64,000 bases of DNA from Macrostomum hystrix (lineage: Eukaryota > Animalia > Platyhelminthes): the NCBI GenBank assembly GCA_950097015.1, contig CATNEN010000039.1, forward strand, positions 4,340,001-4,404,000. The letters are read 5' to 3'. Positions within the stretch are counted from its first letter, which is position 1. The number at the start of each line of letters is the position of its first letter. Under the pieces are notes generated by a model, which worked only from the letters and a program-made list of their open reading frames with translations, made no database searches and had not been told where the DNA came from. This document shows positions 25,905 through 38,760 of this stretch, in pieces. The position numbers were made by a program, and so were the translations under genes.

Positions 25905-26514
25905 ACATCGCATAGATTCAGCACAGAGCGGGGGATATCAGCAGCAGCAGCAGCAGCTGGTCGCTGACACAGACACTCTCTCCGACATCGCTTGGCTGCG
26001 TCGCAAATACCAACCGGCCAGTGTGGTCGCGGGTTCGAACTCGTATCAGAATTTCAACGGCTCCAGCCTCACAGACACTCTGGGCCTGCCGCCGCCTTCA
26101 TCTGGCGGCTACCTGCCCGGGCCTGCCAGGCTCTGCGACCAACAGCGCCAGCCAATCAAATCGCAGCAGCCGGATGGCAGGCTGGCATGCAAGCCCGCGA
26201 CCTCCAAAGGTGTGAACTTCGACTCGGATGTCATGGTGGCCTATGGCTACGGCTCCGAGCCCGTCTACCTGGCCCAGGAGCAGCTGAGAGACGGCGCCGC
26301 CGGCGCTGCGCCTTCGTCTTCATGCCAACAGTCGTTGCCAACGACGCCATATCGCACAGAGCTGCACGACCTTCAGCGAGCCTACAGCAAGTCGGATGTC
26401 AGGCGGGAATTTCATTCGAGATTCCCCGGCCAGGCTGACGACCTGCGCGACGCCATCAGGGAGGGCAAGCGTCACGAGATCTACGGTATCAACAGCCAGG
26501 TGCTGCACGGATGA
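25905..26514 (+). CDS. SPMIP4: C7orf31/SPMIP4-like, exon 8 (terminal)
   Basis: C-terminus TELHDLQRAYSKSDVRREFH..DLRDAIREGKRHEIYGINS resembles recalled C7orf31 [39 protein letters not shown]; candidate AATAAA at 27168. Confidence 0.88.
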
Positions 26515-26871
26515 TGGTGGCGAAGGGACTTCTAAACCTAGTGCTGCACCAATGATGGTGGCGAAGGGACTTCTAAACCTAGTGCTGCACCAATAATGGT
26601 GGCTAAGGGACTTCTAAAGCTAGTGCTGCACCAATAATGGTGGCGAAGGGACTTCTAAAGCTAGTGCTGCACCAATGATGGTGGCGAAGGGACTTCTAAA
26701 GCTAGTGCTGCACCAATGATGGTGGCGAAGGGACTTCTAAACCTAGTGCTGCACCAATAATGGTGGCAAAGGGACTTCTAAAGCTAGTGCTGCACCAATG
26801 ATGGTTTTTTGAAGGGACTTCTAAAGCTAGTGCTGCACCAATGATGGTGGCGAAGGGACTTCTAAACCTAG
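26500..26871. repeat. 41-bp minisatellite overlapping the stop codon
   Basis: gtgctgcaccaatgatggtggcgaagggacttctaaaccta x9; the first unit contains the last codons and the TGA. Confidence 0.95.
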
Positions 26872-27592
26872 AATACGCCGGTAGAACCTGTTGTCTGACC
26901 AGTCTATTTAAAAAAATGAAATTTCGGTTTTAAATCGCCTGATAAGAAATGGTCCAAATCCTTATTGAAAAGCCACATTTATCATAGTTAGTTTTTTCGT
27001 ATTTTTCTATACATTTAGAGTTCGATTTTTTTATTTAAAAAAACGTCTGATGTTTTTCGCGCTTTTCCGACTCAATATTCTTTTAGACAGACTCGCTGTA
27101 AAAAAAATAGGTTGTAATGTTGAAAGCTTCTTGATTTTGTTTTCGTATTTTTAATTCAATTTACGGTAATAAAATATCTCTGGAATTCCAGGATTCTCTT
27201 CCGTCCATTTTTCTAGCTGCGATAAATATAAGTTTTTTGTTTTAAATTAGGTTCTGAGCCGGTCAAGTTTCCGGTGTTGGCCAAAATTAAATTACTCGTA
27301 GAAACCAACCATTTGCACGTGTAGTTTAGACGCTTTGTTATAATTGCGGGTGTTTAATTAGCCAAAGTAACTTTCCTAGCAGTGTAATTCTTTATTTGTT
27401 ATTTTACTTACTTTTCACCTGAGCAACAGCTGATGGCCGGTCTTCTCTAATTGGCACCAGCCAATTAAAAGTGGCACTGTTTTCCGTTGAGGTGTTTTTG
27501 TTTAAACTAATTGTGAGCTGAGCTTCTGTGATATCGCTTCGCGAACTTTGCCCGCCGTAAAGCCTTGTCTAGTCTTTGTTTTTTGTTTGAGT

Positions 27593-27666
27593 TCTGTCTT
27601 TCTGTCTGTCTCTCTGTCTGTCTGCCTGTCTGTCTGCCTGTCTGTCTGTCTGCCTGTCTGTCTGCC

Positions 27667-27699
<33 letters not shown>

Positions 27700-27795
27700 G
27701 TCTGTCAGTCTGTCTGCCTGTCTGTCTGTCTGTCTGTCTGTCAGTCTGTCAGTCTGTATGTCTGTCTGTCTGTCTGCCTGTCTGTCAGTCTGTCA

Positions 27796-27835
<40 letters not shown>

Positions 27836-27917
27836 GTCTGTCTTTCTGTCTGTCTGTCTCTCTGTCTGTCTTTCTGTCTGTCTGCCTGTCTGTCTGCCTG
27901 TCTGTCTGCCTGTCTGT
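27593..27917. repeat. (TCTG)n microsatellite
   Basis: Imperfect tetranucleotide array. Confidence 0.97.
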
Positions 27918-28244
27918 CGCATTGGCCTGACCAGGGTGGGTGCTGGCGGAAGGAGCGATAACGATGCGATTGTCGGCCAATCTGTCTCAGCCGCTCCGAT
28001 GCCCCTGAATTCGGCAGTGAGCCCGACCCTCCACTCGTCTGTCACCCTCATGGGACGGGTTAGAGGGGTGTGTCTGAGGCAGGGAACTGATTTGCATAAT
28101 TTATTTATGCCTCACTCACTCTCACCGCAATGTCCGATGCCAAGCATTTGTTAAACAATTTGTTCTGAGAATAACACTGGAAATACTTTATGAAAATCTG
28201 ATGTTTTCCAACCCATAGAGATGCTGCATTTCATCAGCTTGTCC

Positions 28245-29385
28245 GAGAATTGGGGGGTAGATTTGGTGAGAGAATTGGCGGGGGTAGATTTGGTGAGAGA
28301 ATTGGCGGGGGTAGATTTGGTGAGAGAATTGGCGGGGGTAGTTTTGGTGAGAGAATTGGGGGGTAGATTTGGTGAAAGAATTGGCGGGGGGTAGATTTGG
28401 TGAAAGAATTGGCGGGGGGTAGTTTTGGTGAGAGAATTGGCGGGGGTAGATTTGGTGAGAGAATTGGCGGGGGTAGATTTGGTGAGAGAATTGGCTGGGG
28501 TAGTTTTGGTGAGAGAATTGGGGGGTAGATTTGGTGAGAGAATTGGCGGGGGTAGATTTGGTAAGAGAATTGGCGGGGGTAGATTTGGTGAGAGAATTGG
28601 CGGGGGTAGATTTGGTAAGAGAATTGGCGGGGGTAGATTTGGTGAGAGAATTGGCGGGGGTAGATTTGGTAAGAGAATTGGCGGGGGTAGATTTGGTGAG
28701 AGAATTGGCGGGGGTAGATTTGGTGAGAGAATTGGCGGGGGGTAGATTTGGTGAGAGAATTGGCGGGGGTAGATTTGGTGAGAGAATTGGCGGGGGTAGA
28801 TTTGGTGAGAGAATTGGCGGGGGGTAGATTTGGTGAAAGAATTGGCGGGGGTAGATTTGGTGAGAGAATTGGCGGGGGGTAGATTTGGTGAGAGAATTGG
28901 GGGGTAGTTTTGGTGAGAGAATTGGCGGGGGGTAGATTTGGTGAGAGAATTGGCAGGGGGTAGATTTGGTGAAAGAATTGGCGGGGGTAGATTTGGTGAG
29001 AGAATTGGCGGGGGGTAGATTTGGTGAGAGAATTGGCGGGGGGTAGATTTGGTGAAAGAATTGGCGGGGGGTAGTTTTGGTGAGAGAATTGGCGGGGGGT
29101 AGATTTGGTGAGAGAATTGGCAGGGGGTAGATTTGGTGAGAGAATTGGCGGGGGGTAGATTTGGTGAGAGAATTGGCAGGGGGGTAGATTTGGTGAGAGA
29201 ATTGGGGGTAGATTTGGTGAGAGAATTGGGGGTAGATTTGGTGAGAGAATTGGCGGGGGTAGATTTGGTGAGAGAATTGGGGGTAGATTTGGTGAGAGAA
29301 TTGGCGGGGGTAGATTTGGTGAGAGAATTGGGGGTAGATTTGGTGAGAGAATTGGCGGGGGTAGATTTGGTGAGAGAATTAGGGC
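28245..29385. repeat. ~27-bp G-rich minisatellite (ggtagatttggtgagagaattggcggg)
   Basis: About 40 copies. Confidence 0.97.
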
Positions 29386-29709
29386 GAGAAAATTATAAAA
29401 CTAAAAATTTTTGTTTGAAGCAAAAACAGATCGCATGCCGCTGGTTCCGCATGGTCAAGTTGGAAATAAATATTTCATCGCCCCTACCAGCTCCACAGCG
29501 CCAGTGCGTAAGTGAATTTCACCGCTCGCAAACTGCTTCCGTGCCCGGGTTCTGGGCAGGTCCCGTGAGACTCGGCGAGTGGAGCAGCCGATGCGGCCTT
29601 TCCGTTGTTTTTTGGACCCGAAATTGCACTGCCGCTAAGTGTGCGGTTCGCACTAAAAACTGTTCGATCACAGACTGTTCGATACGAGTGCCGTGTAACG
29701 TTTTTTATT

Positions 29710-29965
29710 TAGACATGTTTGTAACGTTTTAGAAGGCTCGGAACATGTTAGACAGGTTTTATACACGTTAGACAGGTTTAATACATGTTAGACAGGTTTT
29801 ATACATGTTCGAAAAGCTTTATACATATTAGACAGGTTTAATACATGTTAGACAGGTTTTATACATATTAGACAGGTTTTATACATGTTAGACAGGTTTT
29901 ATACATGTTAGACAGGTTTTATACATGTTAGACAGGTTTTATACATGTTAGACAGGTTTTTATAC
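29710..29965. repeat. 20-bp minisatellite (atacatgttagacaggtttt)
   Basis: Tandem array. Confidence 0.92.
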
Positions 29966-30869
29966 AGTTGAACAAGTTTCTTACATTTCATACCTACAGA
30001 GCCAACCATGCACACGCACTGGATTGCAATTCCTTGCCTTGCAGATCCAGTGCTCACAATGCTCAGTTCCCAAGCCGCACAAGTTACACACCAGAGCTAC
30101 CAGCACAGCCTGGCCTGTCAGGTTTGACTCACACAGACTAAGCTAAGAGGGCTTCTCAGAGCATTGCTACAGGCAGCTTGTGGCAGAAATTTGGAAAGCA
30201 GCCGCATAGTCTGAGAATCCCCATTGTGCGGAGGTGAAGATTTGCTGTTCACTACAGAAGGGCTGAAACACTGCCAGCTTAGCTTGAGATCTGCCATTTA
30301 TTCTGTCTGCTTGTCCCGCATCTGATCTAGTCAATGCCAAGCACCGCTGAAGGAGGGGTGACTACGTTTCTTAGAATAAGTTTAGGGACTGCCTTTGCCG
30401 GAAAATACACAAAGGAGATGGACAAATTCTTCGCTTTTCACATTAAACTGGCGATCCCTTTTTATTGGGATCATTTTTTTTATAATATGTTGTTCCAAGG
30501 AATTTTACAAAGCTTTATTTCTGAAAGTTGATATTCATTCTCATACGAGGCACTCACTAGTAGGATTAACATGGTCTAAGAATACAAAAATTTATAAGCC
30601 ATAAGGCTAGAAAGTAATTTTAGAATATAAAAGTATTCATAAATTAACTTTATAACTGATCAGAGAATGAAAACAAAAAGCTAGTTTTCGAGTATCGATG
30701 GTTTGTTTGTTTTTCTGTTTGGCTTTCTGTTTCAGGAGCTGAACAGTTTGACTAACAGGCCGTTTTTACACCAATGGGAAATTATTCTTGGTATATGGCA
30801 GCGCCATATTTTGGCTTGATCAGTGAAATTTCAGAAATTCGCGTCAGGGTGTCCATAGTGGCCTATTTC

Positions 30870-31190
30870 CACCTGTTGTGGCCCTTGAAGGTCCAGCAGT
30901 CCGACTAGATAAAGGTAGGTGACCACCGAAGTCGGAGATGATGCGGGCACATTCGGGTGACATGCTGATAAATTTTGAAGGCCTGGCAAGACTGCACTGA
31001 GGCGCAGTGCTAATTCGTGTATAGGGGTGTGAATATTTATGAATTCTGAAGAGCTCGCAACTTGATTATTGCTTCAGAAGATGCGCAACAAAAAGTTGGC
31101 CCGTGTTCTTGAGTTTCGTGAGCTTGCGTTGCTCCGTTCGGGTGCAGCACAAAAAATTGTCGGGGCCCCCTTTGGTAGTTCTACTGTTAA
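30870..31190 (-). mobile_element. Partial inverted copy of the 5893-6547 MITE
   Basis: 30885-31030 is reverse-complement homologous to ~6140-6285; shares the terminus ggtagttctactgttaa. Confidence 0.7.
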
Positions 31191-31894
31191 TGCATTTTTA
31201 GGCTGGGGGGCATGTATAGTAAAGGAAAAAAATAATATGGAATAAAGTTTGACAGAAATCGATGAAGCTATAAATAAGGTAACTAGCATCATAAGATAAG
31301 CATTTAATCTTTTAATCATTCAATCAAGCACAATCACTAAATTTGTGCAGAAAAGTGAAAGTTTATATCTCCGTAGTGTATTTTTCGGCTTTTTCTAAGA
31401 AACACTTCTTCCGTCCTTCTTCTCATAGTAGTCCTAGGTCGATGGCAAGTCACAATGGCAAGCCAAACCGGTAACACATTTTTTTGTCAGTCGCATTCAA
31501 AATTCTGAAGCTTTTCAGCTACTGAGAATAGGGCTTGTCCATAGACGATGGGGCATGCTAGGGCACGTGACCTGCAGTCGGCCCATTGGCTGATGAAATG
31601 AGTCGGCCAATCTACGTTGACGGCACTTTCGTGAAAGCTTAAAACACCAAGTTTTGGCACACACGAGAGGATACGGAAATATGTTGACATTTATGCAAAC
31701 ATTGGTCTATCTGGGATGCATCAGCAACTGACAGCTGCACCAATGCCCCCTCTTGCTGGCAGAATGTCAGGGACACTCACAGCTTCACTTTCCGTTCCTG
31801 TCTGATAGCAAAAGCTGAAAGACAGAGGATGGATGACACACTGACAGTCTTAGGGATTAAGGACAAACTGGAAACAATCGGAAGGAATAGAGAA

Positions 31895-32865
31895 AGGATT
31901 AGCTGAATTATTGGTGAAGGGATTAGCTGAAGGGTTGGTGAAGGTATTAGCTGAAGGGTTGGTGAAGGTATTAGCTGAAGGGTTGGTGAAGGTATTAGCT
32001 GAAGGGTTGGTGAAGGTATTAGCTGAAGGGTTGGTGAAGGGATTAGCTGAAGGGTTGGTGAAGGGATTAGCTTAATTATTGGTGAAGGGATTAGCTGAAG
32101 GGTTGGTGAAGGGATTAGCTGAAGGGTTGGTGAAGGGATTAGCTGAAGGGTTGGTGAAGGGATTAGCTTAATTATTGGTGAAGGGATTAGCTGAAGGGTT
32201 GGTGAAGGGATTAGCTGAAGGGTTGGTGAAGGTATTAGCTGAAGGGTTGGTGAAGGTATTAGCTGAAGGGTTGGTGAAGGGATTAGCTGAAGGGTTGGTG
32301 AAGGTATTAGCTGAATTATTGGTGAAGGGATTAGCTGAAGGGTTGGTGAAGGTATTAGCTGAAGGGTTGGTGAAGGGATTAGCTTAAGGGTTGGTGAAGG
32401 GATTAGCTGAAGGGTTGGTGAAGGGATTAGCTGAAGGGTTGGTGAAGGGATTAGCTGAAGGTTTGGTGAATGGATTAGCTGAAGGGTTGGTGAAGGGATT
32501 AGCTGAATGATTGGTGAATGGATTAGCTGAATGATTGGTGAATGGATTAGCTGAATGATTGGTGAATGGATTAGCTGAATGATTGGTAAAGGGATTAGCT
32601 GAATGATTGGTGAAGGGATTAGCTGAAGGGTTGGTGAAGGTATTAGCTGAATGATTGGTGAAGGGATTAGCTGAAGGGTTGGTGAAGGGATTAGCTGAAT
32701 GATTTGTGAAGGGATTAGCTGAAGGGTTGGTGAAGGGATTAGCTGAATGATTTGTGAAGGGATTAGCTGAATGATTGGTGAAGGTATTAGCTGAAGGGTT
32801 GGTGAAGGGATTAGCTAAAGGATTTGTGAAGGGATTAGCGGAAAGGTTGGTGAAGGGATTCGCTG
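31895..32865. repeat. 24-bp minisatellite (gggattagctgaagggttggtgaa)
   Basis: About 40 copies. Confidence 0.97.
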
Positions 32866-33599
32866 AGGACAATCCAAAGGTAAAGCGCAGATATCCCTGA
32901 ATATTGATCACGTTTCTCATATCGATCTTTGCAGTGACTCACAGAAGTGGCGGGAAATTATTTTAATTAGCGGGATCAGTTGAACAGAAGTTTATGAAAT
33001 TCCTGGAATCCAAGAGCGCATTGCCGACCCCACCATTGCCGCTGAGCCACCCGCAGTTTTCGGTGTGGGAACAAAACGGAAGACAGAAGCGTGCAGCACA
33101 AAGGGGTGGGGAAAGTGGAAAGGCCAATCTGGCCAGCCAATACCAGCTGCGGCCGATAAAGCCGCTCTGTTGACTCGTCTGCCGCCTCTCGAGGTTGGGG
33201 AAAAATGGGAAGAGGGTGGCGAGGGATCTCTGAGAGGGAGAGAGTGGGGTAGAGACGGTTTAGTAACCACCGGTGGGACTGGCGCGACTTCAAGTTGAAC
33301 TCCCCGCGTAGTCTTGGCCGCCCTCCCCGTTTTCCGCTCCGATCCCCATACCGGCCTGCGCCCCAGGAGCAGCGAGCGGGAGACGAGTTTGATAGCCGGG
33401 AAAAAATATAAATTTATTTATTTCTATATTCGGGGAAAATAAGAGAGCAGCGCGCGATCTCGGAGCCAAGGGGAAGCGCGGTTATCTCGAAGCACAACCG
33501 GAGGAGATATATAATTGACTTCTCAAACTGCTCCGGCTCCGCTGATATCATTTGCACGCTTCGGTTTTGTGACAAATCAGAAACTAGGCTGGCGACACC

Positions 33600-34577
33600 A
33601 TGCTGCCGATGCTCCTGGCTGTGCTGACTGCCTCGGCTGTGGCAGCCTCGGTTGAAGGCATTCCGCGCGCCTGCGAATGGACGAAATGGGAGCCGTTGGC
33701 GGGCGGGGAGTGCCGCTGGCAGAACAAATCAGTGGGCGTCATCAGCCAGCTCGGCCGGCAGGAGAACAGGTTCGTCACCTACTGCTCGCAGATGACGCGC
33801 GTCAGGCGTCGTCAGTGCGACGGCGACAACGCGGGCAACTCGCAGAGCAGCCAGGGCCAGCAGGAGGTCGATTATCGCCAGCCGATGGCCTTCGAGCTCA
33901 ACAAGGAGCATCCGGACGACGATCCCAGGCCTATGCGCAGCCAGGACGATCCATGCCCCGACAACCGGTGCCCGCCGCTGGACGGCCAGTGGTGCTACTG
34001 GATGGTGTACAGTGGCTGCGACTACAAATGCCGACACGCAGAGAAGAACGAGACGGAGATCTACATTCAGAAGCGCCGGCTGTGCAGCTGTCCGAAGCCG
34101 AGGAACAATGGGCGCCAGTGCGAGGGCGCCGACAGCGAGCGGGAGCGCTGCGAGTGCATCTCTCTCAGCGCCAGCTTTGCCTCGTTCCTGCGCACCACGG
34201 AGGGCGTCCTCATCGCATGCGGCGTCTGCGCTATCGTCCTGGTCCTCGTCGGTTGCTGCGTCTCGCGAGTCTGCTGCGACACCGACGATGGCACAGAGGA
34301 TTTCAAGATCAGCGAGCTGCCGCAGGCGCAGCAGCAACACCAGCAGCGACATCAGAATCAGCAGTCGTTGTTGCTGAACTTGGGTCCCATGTCGGGTGGT
34401 CTGGACCATGCGGAGACCGAGCTCTGCTCTCTGACTGCCTGTTCGGCTACTGGTGGCAAGGCATCAGACTCCACAGACGACACAGACTCCAGTTTGGTGG
34501 TGAAGCTGCCGCATAACTCTGGGTCTCGTGTGCCACCACCACGGCCGCCGAAGCGCTACAAGGAGCAGCGGAGGCTT

Positions 34578-34617
<40 letters not shown>

Positions 34618-34691
34618 GTTCCCGGAGGCAGCGCAGCTTTGATCCTGAACCTCCGTTAAAGTACACACCGCCATTTCCCAACGAAGTCTGA
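33600..34691 (+). CDS. Intronless type I membrane protein with thrombospondin type-1 repeats
   Basis: Signal peptide MLPMLLAVLTASAVAA; TSR-like CEWTKW..RVRRRQC and DGQWCYW..C..C..QKRRLCSCPKPRNNGRQCEG..ERERC; TM segment GVLIACGVCAIVLVLVGCC; Pro- and polyQ-rich tail; GC-rich codon usage. Confidence 0.85.
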
Positions 34692-35114
34692 ATCCTGTCC
34701 CAAACAGCTGCCACAATGCAGGTCTGAATCTTTATTAACCTTTATTTGTTGGTTTAAACTATAGCAGCATTCGCATAGGCTTTGGAACACTAAGTTCACA
34801 AGTATTAAAAGCAACCCCTTTATTGTATTTGAAAAAAACTTAAAACCTAAACCTACGAGTTTAATGTAAGTATATGCGAGCTACTTCCATAGTGTTTAAA
34901 ACTGACTATGGAAATCTAGTGGGACAGTGAAAAAAACGGGCCCATATTCAAGAAAAGTGTATGCGGCGAAAGTCCGCCAAATAGGCCAGTTGGGATTAGG
35001 CAAGTGTCCTGAAATTGGGGAATTACGTATGGCACTGGCCCGCTGAGAGAACAGCATGTACAATTTAGTGGTCTATTTCATCACGAGATATATTCATTGT
35101 TCGAATCAGACATA

Positions 35115-38100
35115 TTGGAACTCCTCCTTCAGAGGTAATAGCAGGAAGTGGAACTCCTCCTTCAGAGGTAATAGCAGGGATTGGAACTCCTCCTTCAGAG
35201 GTAATAGCAGGGATTGGAACTCCTCCTTCAGAGGTAATAGCAGGGATTGGAACTCCTCCTTCAGAGTTAATAGCAGGAAGTGGAACTCCTTCAGAGTTAA
35301 TAGCAGGGATTGGAACTCCTCCTTCAGAGTTAATAGCAGGGATTGGAACTCCTCCTTCAGAGTTAATAGTAGGGATTGGAACTCCTCCTTCAGAGTTAAT
35401 AGCAGGGATTGGAACTCCTCCTTCAGAGTTAATAGCAGGGATTGGAACTCCTCCTTCAGAGTTAATAGTAGGGATTGGAACTCCTCCTTCAGCGTTAATA
35501 GCAGGGACTGGAACTCCTACCTTCAGAGTTAATAGCAGGGATTGGAACTCCTCCTTCAGAGTTAATAGTAGGGATTGGAACTCCTCCTTCAGAGTTAATA
35601 GCAGGAATTGGAACTCCTCCTTCAGAGTTAATAGTAGGGACTGGAACTCCTCCTTCAGAGTTAATAGTAGGGATTGGAACTCCTCCTTCAGAGTTAATAG
35701 CAGGAATTGGAACTCCTCCTTCAGAGTTAATAGTAGGGATTGGAACTCCTCCTTCAGAGTTAATAGTAGGGACTGGAACTCCTCCTTCAGAGTTAATAGT
35801 AGGGATTGGAACTCCTCCTTCAGAGTTAATAGCAGGGATTGGAACTCCTCCTTCAGAGTTAATAGTAGGGATTGGAACTCCTCCTTCAGAGTTAATAGCA
35901 GGGATTGGAACTCCTCCTTCAGAGTTAATAGTAGGGATTGGAACTCCTCCTTCAGAGTTAATAGCAGGGATTGGAACTCCTCCTTCAGAGTTAATAGTAG
36001 GGATTGGAACTCCTCCTTCAGAGTTAATAGCAGGGATTGGAACTCCTCCTTCAGAGTTAATAGTAGGGATTGGAACTCCTCCTTCAGAGTTAATAGCAGG
36101 GATTGGAACTCCTCCTTCAGAGTTAATAGCAGGGATTGGAACTCCTCCTTCAGAGTTAATAGTAGGGATTGGAACTCCTCCTTCAGCGTTAATAGCAGGG
36201 ACTGGAACTCCTACCTTCAGAGTTAATAGCAGGGATTGGAACTCCTCCTTCAGAGTTAATAGCAGGGATTGGAACTCCTCCTTCAGAGTTAATAGCAGGG
36301 ATTGGAACTCCTCCTTCAGAGTTAATAGTAGGGATTGGAACTCCTCCTTCAGAGTTAATAGCAGGAATCGGAACTCCTCCTTCAGAGTTAATAGCAGGGA
36401 TTGGAACTCCTCCTTCAGAGTTAATAGCAGGGATTGGAACTCCTCCTTCAGAGTTAATAGCAGGGATTGGAACTCCTCCTTCAGAGTTAATAGTAGGGAT
36501 TGGAACTCCTCCTTCAGAGTTAATAGCAGGGATTGGAACTCCTCCTTCAGAGTTAATAGCAGGGATTGGAACTCCTCCTTCAGAGTTAATAGCAGGAATT
36601 GGAACTCCTCCTTCAGAGTTAATAGTAGGGATTGGAACTCCTCCTTCAGAGTTAATTGCAGGGACTGGAACTCCTCCTTCAGAGTTAATTGCAGGGACTG
36701 GAACTCCTACCTTCAGAGTTAATAGCAGGAATTGGAACTCCTCCTTCAGAGTTAATAGCAGGGATTGGAACTCCTCCTTCAGAGTTAATAGCAGGGATTG
36801 GAACTCCTCCTTCAGAGTTAATAGCAGGAATTGGAACTCCTCCTTCAGAGTTAATAGCAGGGATTGGAACTCCTCCTTCAGAGTTAATAGTAGGGATTGG
36901 AACTCCTCCTTCAGAGTTAATAGCAGGGATTGGAACTCCTCCTTCAGAGTTAATAGTAGGGATTGGAACTCCTCCTTCAGAGTTAATTGCAGGGACTGGA
37001 ACTCCTACCTTCAGAGTTAATAGCAGGAATTGGAACTCCTCCTTCAGAGTTAATAGCAGGAATTGGAACTCCTCCTTCAGAGTTAATAGCAGGGATTGGA
37101 ACTCCTCCTTCAGAGTTAATAGTAGGGATTGGAACTCCTCCTTCAGAGTTAATAGCAGGGATTGGAACTCCTCCTTCAGAGTTAATAGCAGGGATTGGAA
37201 CTCCTCCTTCAGAGTTAATAGCAGGAATTGGAACTCCTCCTTCAGAGTTAATAGTAGGGATTGGAACTCCTCCTTCAGAGTTAATTGCAGGGACTGGAAC
37301 TCCTACCTTCAGAGTTAATAGCAGGAATTGGAACTCCTCCTTCAGAGTTAATAGCAGGGATTGGAACTCCTCCTTCAGAGTTAATAGCAGGGATTGGAAC
37401 TCCTCCTTCAGAGTTAATAGCAGGAATTGGAACTCCTCCTTCAGAGTTAATAGCAGGGATTGGAACTCCTCCTTCAGAGTTAATAGTAGGGATTGGAACT
37501 CCTCCTTCAGAGTTAATAGCAGGGATTGGAACTCCTCCTTCAGAGTTAATAGTAGGGATTGGAACTCCTCCTTCAGAGTTAATTGCAGGGACTGGAACTC
37601 CTACCTTCAGAGTTAATAGCAGGAATTGGAACTCCTCCTTCAGAGTTAATAGCAGGGATTGGAACTCCTCCTTCAGAGTTAATAGCAGGGATTGGAACTC
37701 CTCCTTCAGAGTTAATAGTAGGGATTGGAACTCCTCCTTCAGAGTTAATAGTAGGGATTGGAACTCCTCCTTCAGAGTTAATAGTAGGGATTGGAACTCC
37801 TCCTTCAGAGTTAATAGCAGGGATTGGAACTCCTCCTTCAGAGTTAATAGTAGGGATTGGAACTCCTCCTTCAGAGTTAATAGCAGGGATTGGAACTCCT
37901 CCTTCAGAGTTAATAGTAGGGATTGGAACTCCTCCTTCAGAGTTAATAGCAGGGATTGGAACTCCTCCTTCAGAGTTAATAGTAGGGATTGGAACTCCTC
38001 CTTCAGAGTTAATAGCAGGAATTGGAACTCCTCCTTCAGAGTTAATAGCAGGGATTGGAACTCCTCCTTCAGAGTTAATAGTAGGGATTGGAACTCCTCC

Positions 38101-38760
38101 TTCAGAGTTAATAGCAGGGATTGGAACTCCTCCTTCAGAGTTAATAGCAGGGATTGGAACTCCTCCTTCAGAGTTAATAGTAGGGATTGGAACTCCTCCT
38201 TCAGAGTTAATAGCAGGAATTGGAACTCCTCCTTCAGAGTTAATAGTAGGGATTGGAACTCCTCCTTCAGAGTTAATTGCAGGGACTGGAACTCCTACCT
38301 TCAGAGTTAATAGCAGGAATTGGAACTCCTCCTTCAGAGTTAATAGCAGGGATTGGAACTCCTCCTTCAGAGTTAATAGCAGGGATTGGAACTCCTCCTT
38401 CAGAGTTAATAGCAGGGACTGGAACTCCTCCTTCAGAGTTAATAGTAGGGATTGGAACTCCTCCTTCAGAGTTAATAGCAGGGATTGGAACTCCTCCTTC
38501 AGAGTTAATAGCAGGAATTGGAACTCCTCCTTCAGAGTTAATAGCAGGGATTGGAACTCCTCCTTCAGAGTTAATAGTAGGGATTGGAACTCCTCCTTCA
38601 GAGTTAATAGCAGGGATTGGAACTCCTCCTTCAGAGTTAATAGTAGGGATTGGAACTCCTCCTTCAGAGTTAATTGCAGGAATGGGAACTCCTTCAGAGT
38701 TAATTGCAGGAATGGGAACTCCTTCAGAATTAATTGCAGGAAACGGATTTCGGAGTTAAT
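35115..38760. repeat. 33-bp minisatellite with higher-order structure (ggaactcctccttcagagttaatagcagggatt)
   Basis: About 110 copies; a variant unit recurs every 298 bp in part of the array. Confidence 0.98.

Noticed and set aside
30000-30330. Possible LINE remnant
   Set aside because: No recognisable RT or endonuclease motif could be read.
33677-34716. Alternative-frame and antisense ORFs over the TSR gene (also over SFI1 and MRPS28)
   Set aside because: Shadow ORFs caused by GC-rich codon usage.
34885-34915. Short palindrome ttccatagt..actatggaa as a second excision footprint
   Set aside because: Arms are only 9 bp and there is no flanking direct repeat.
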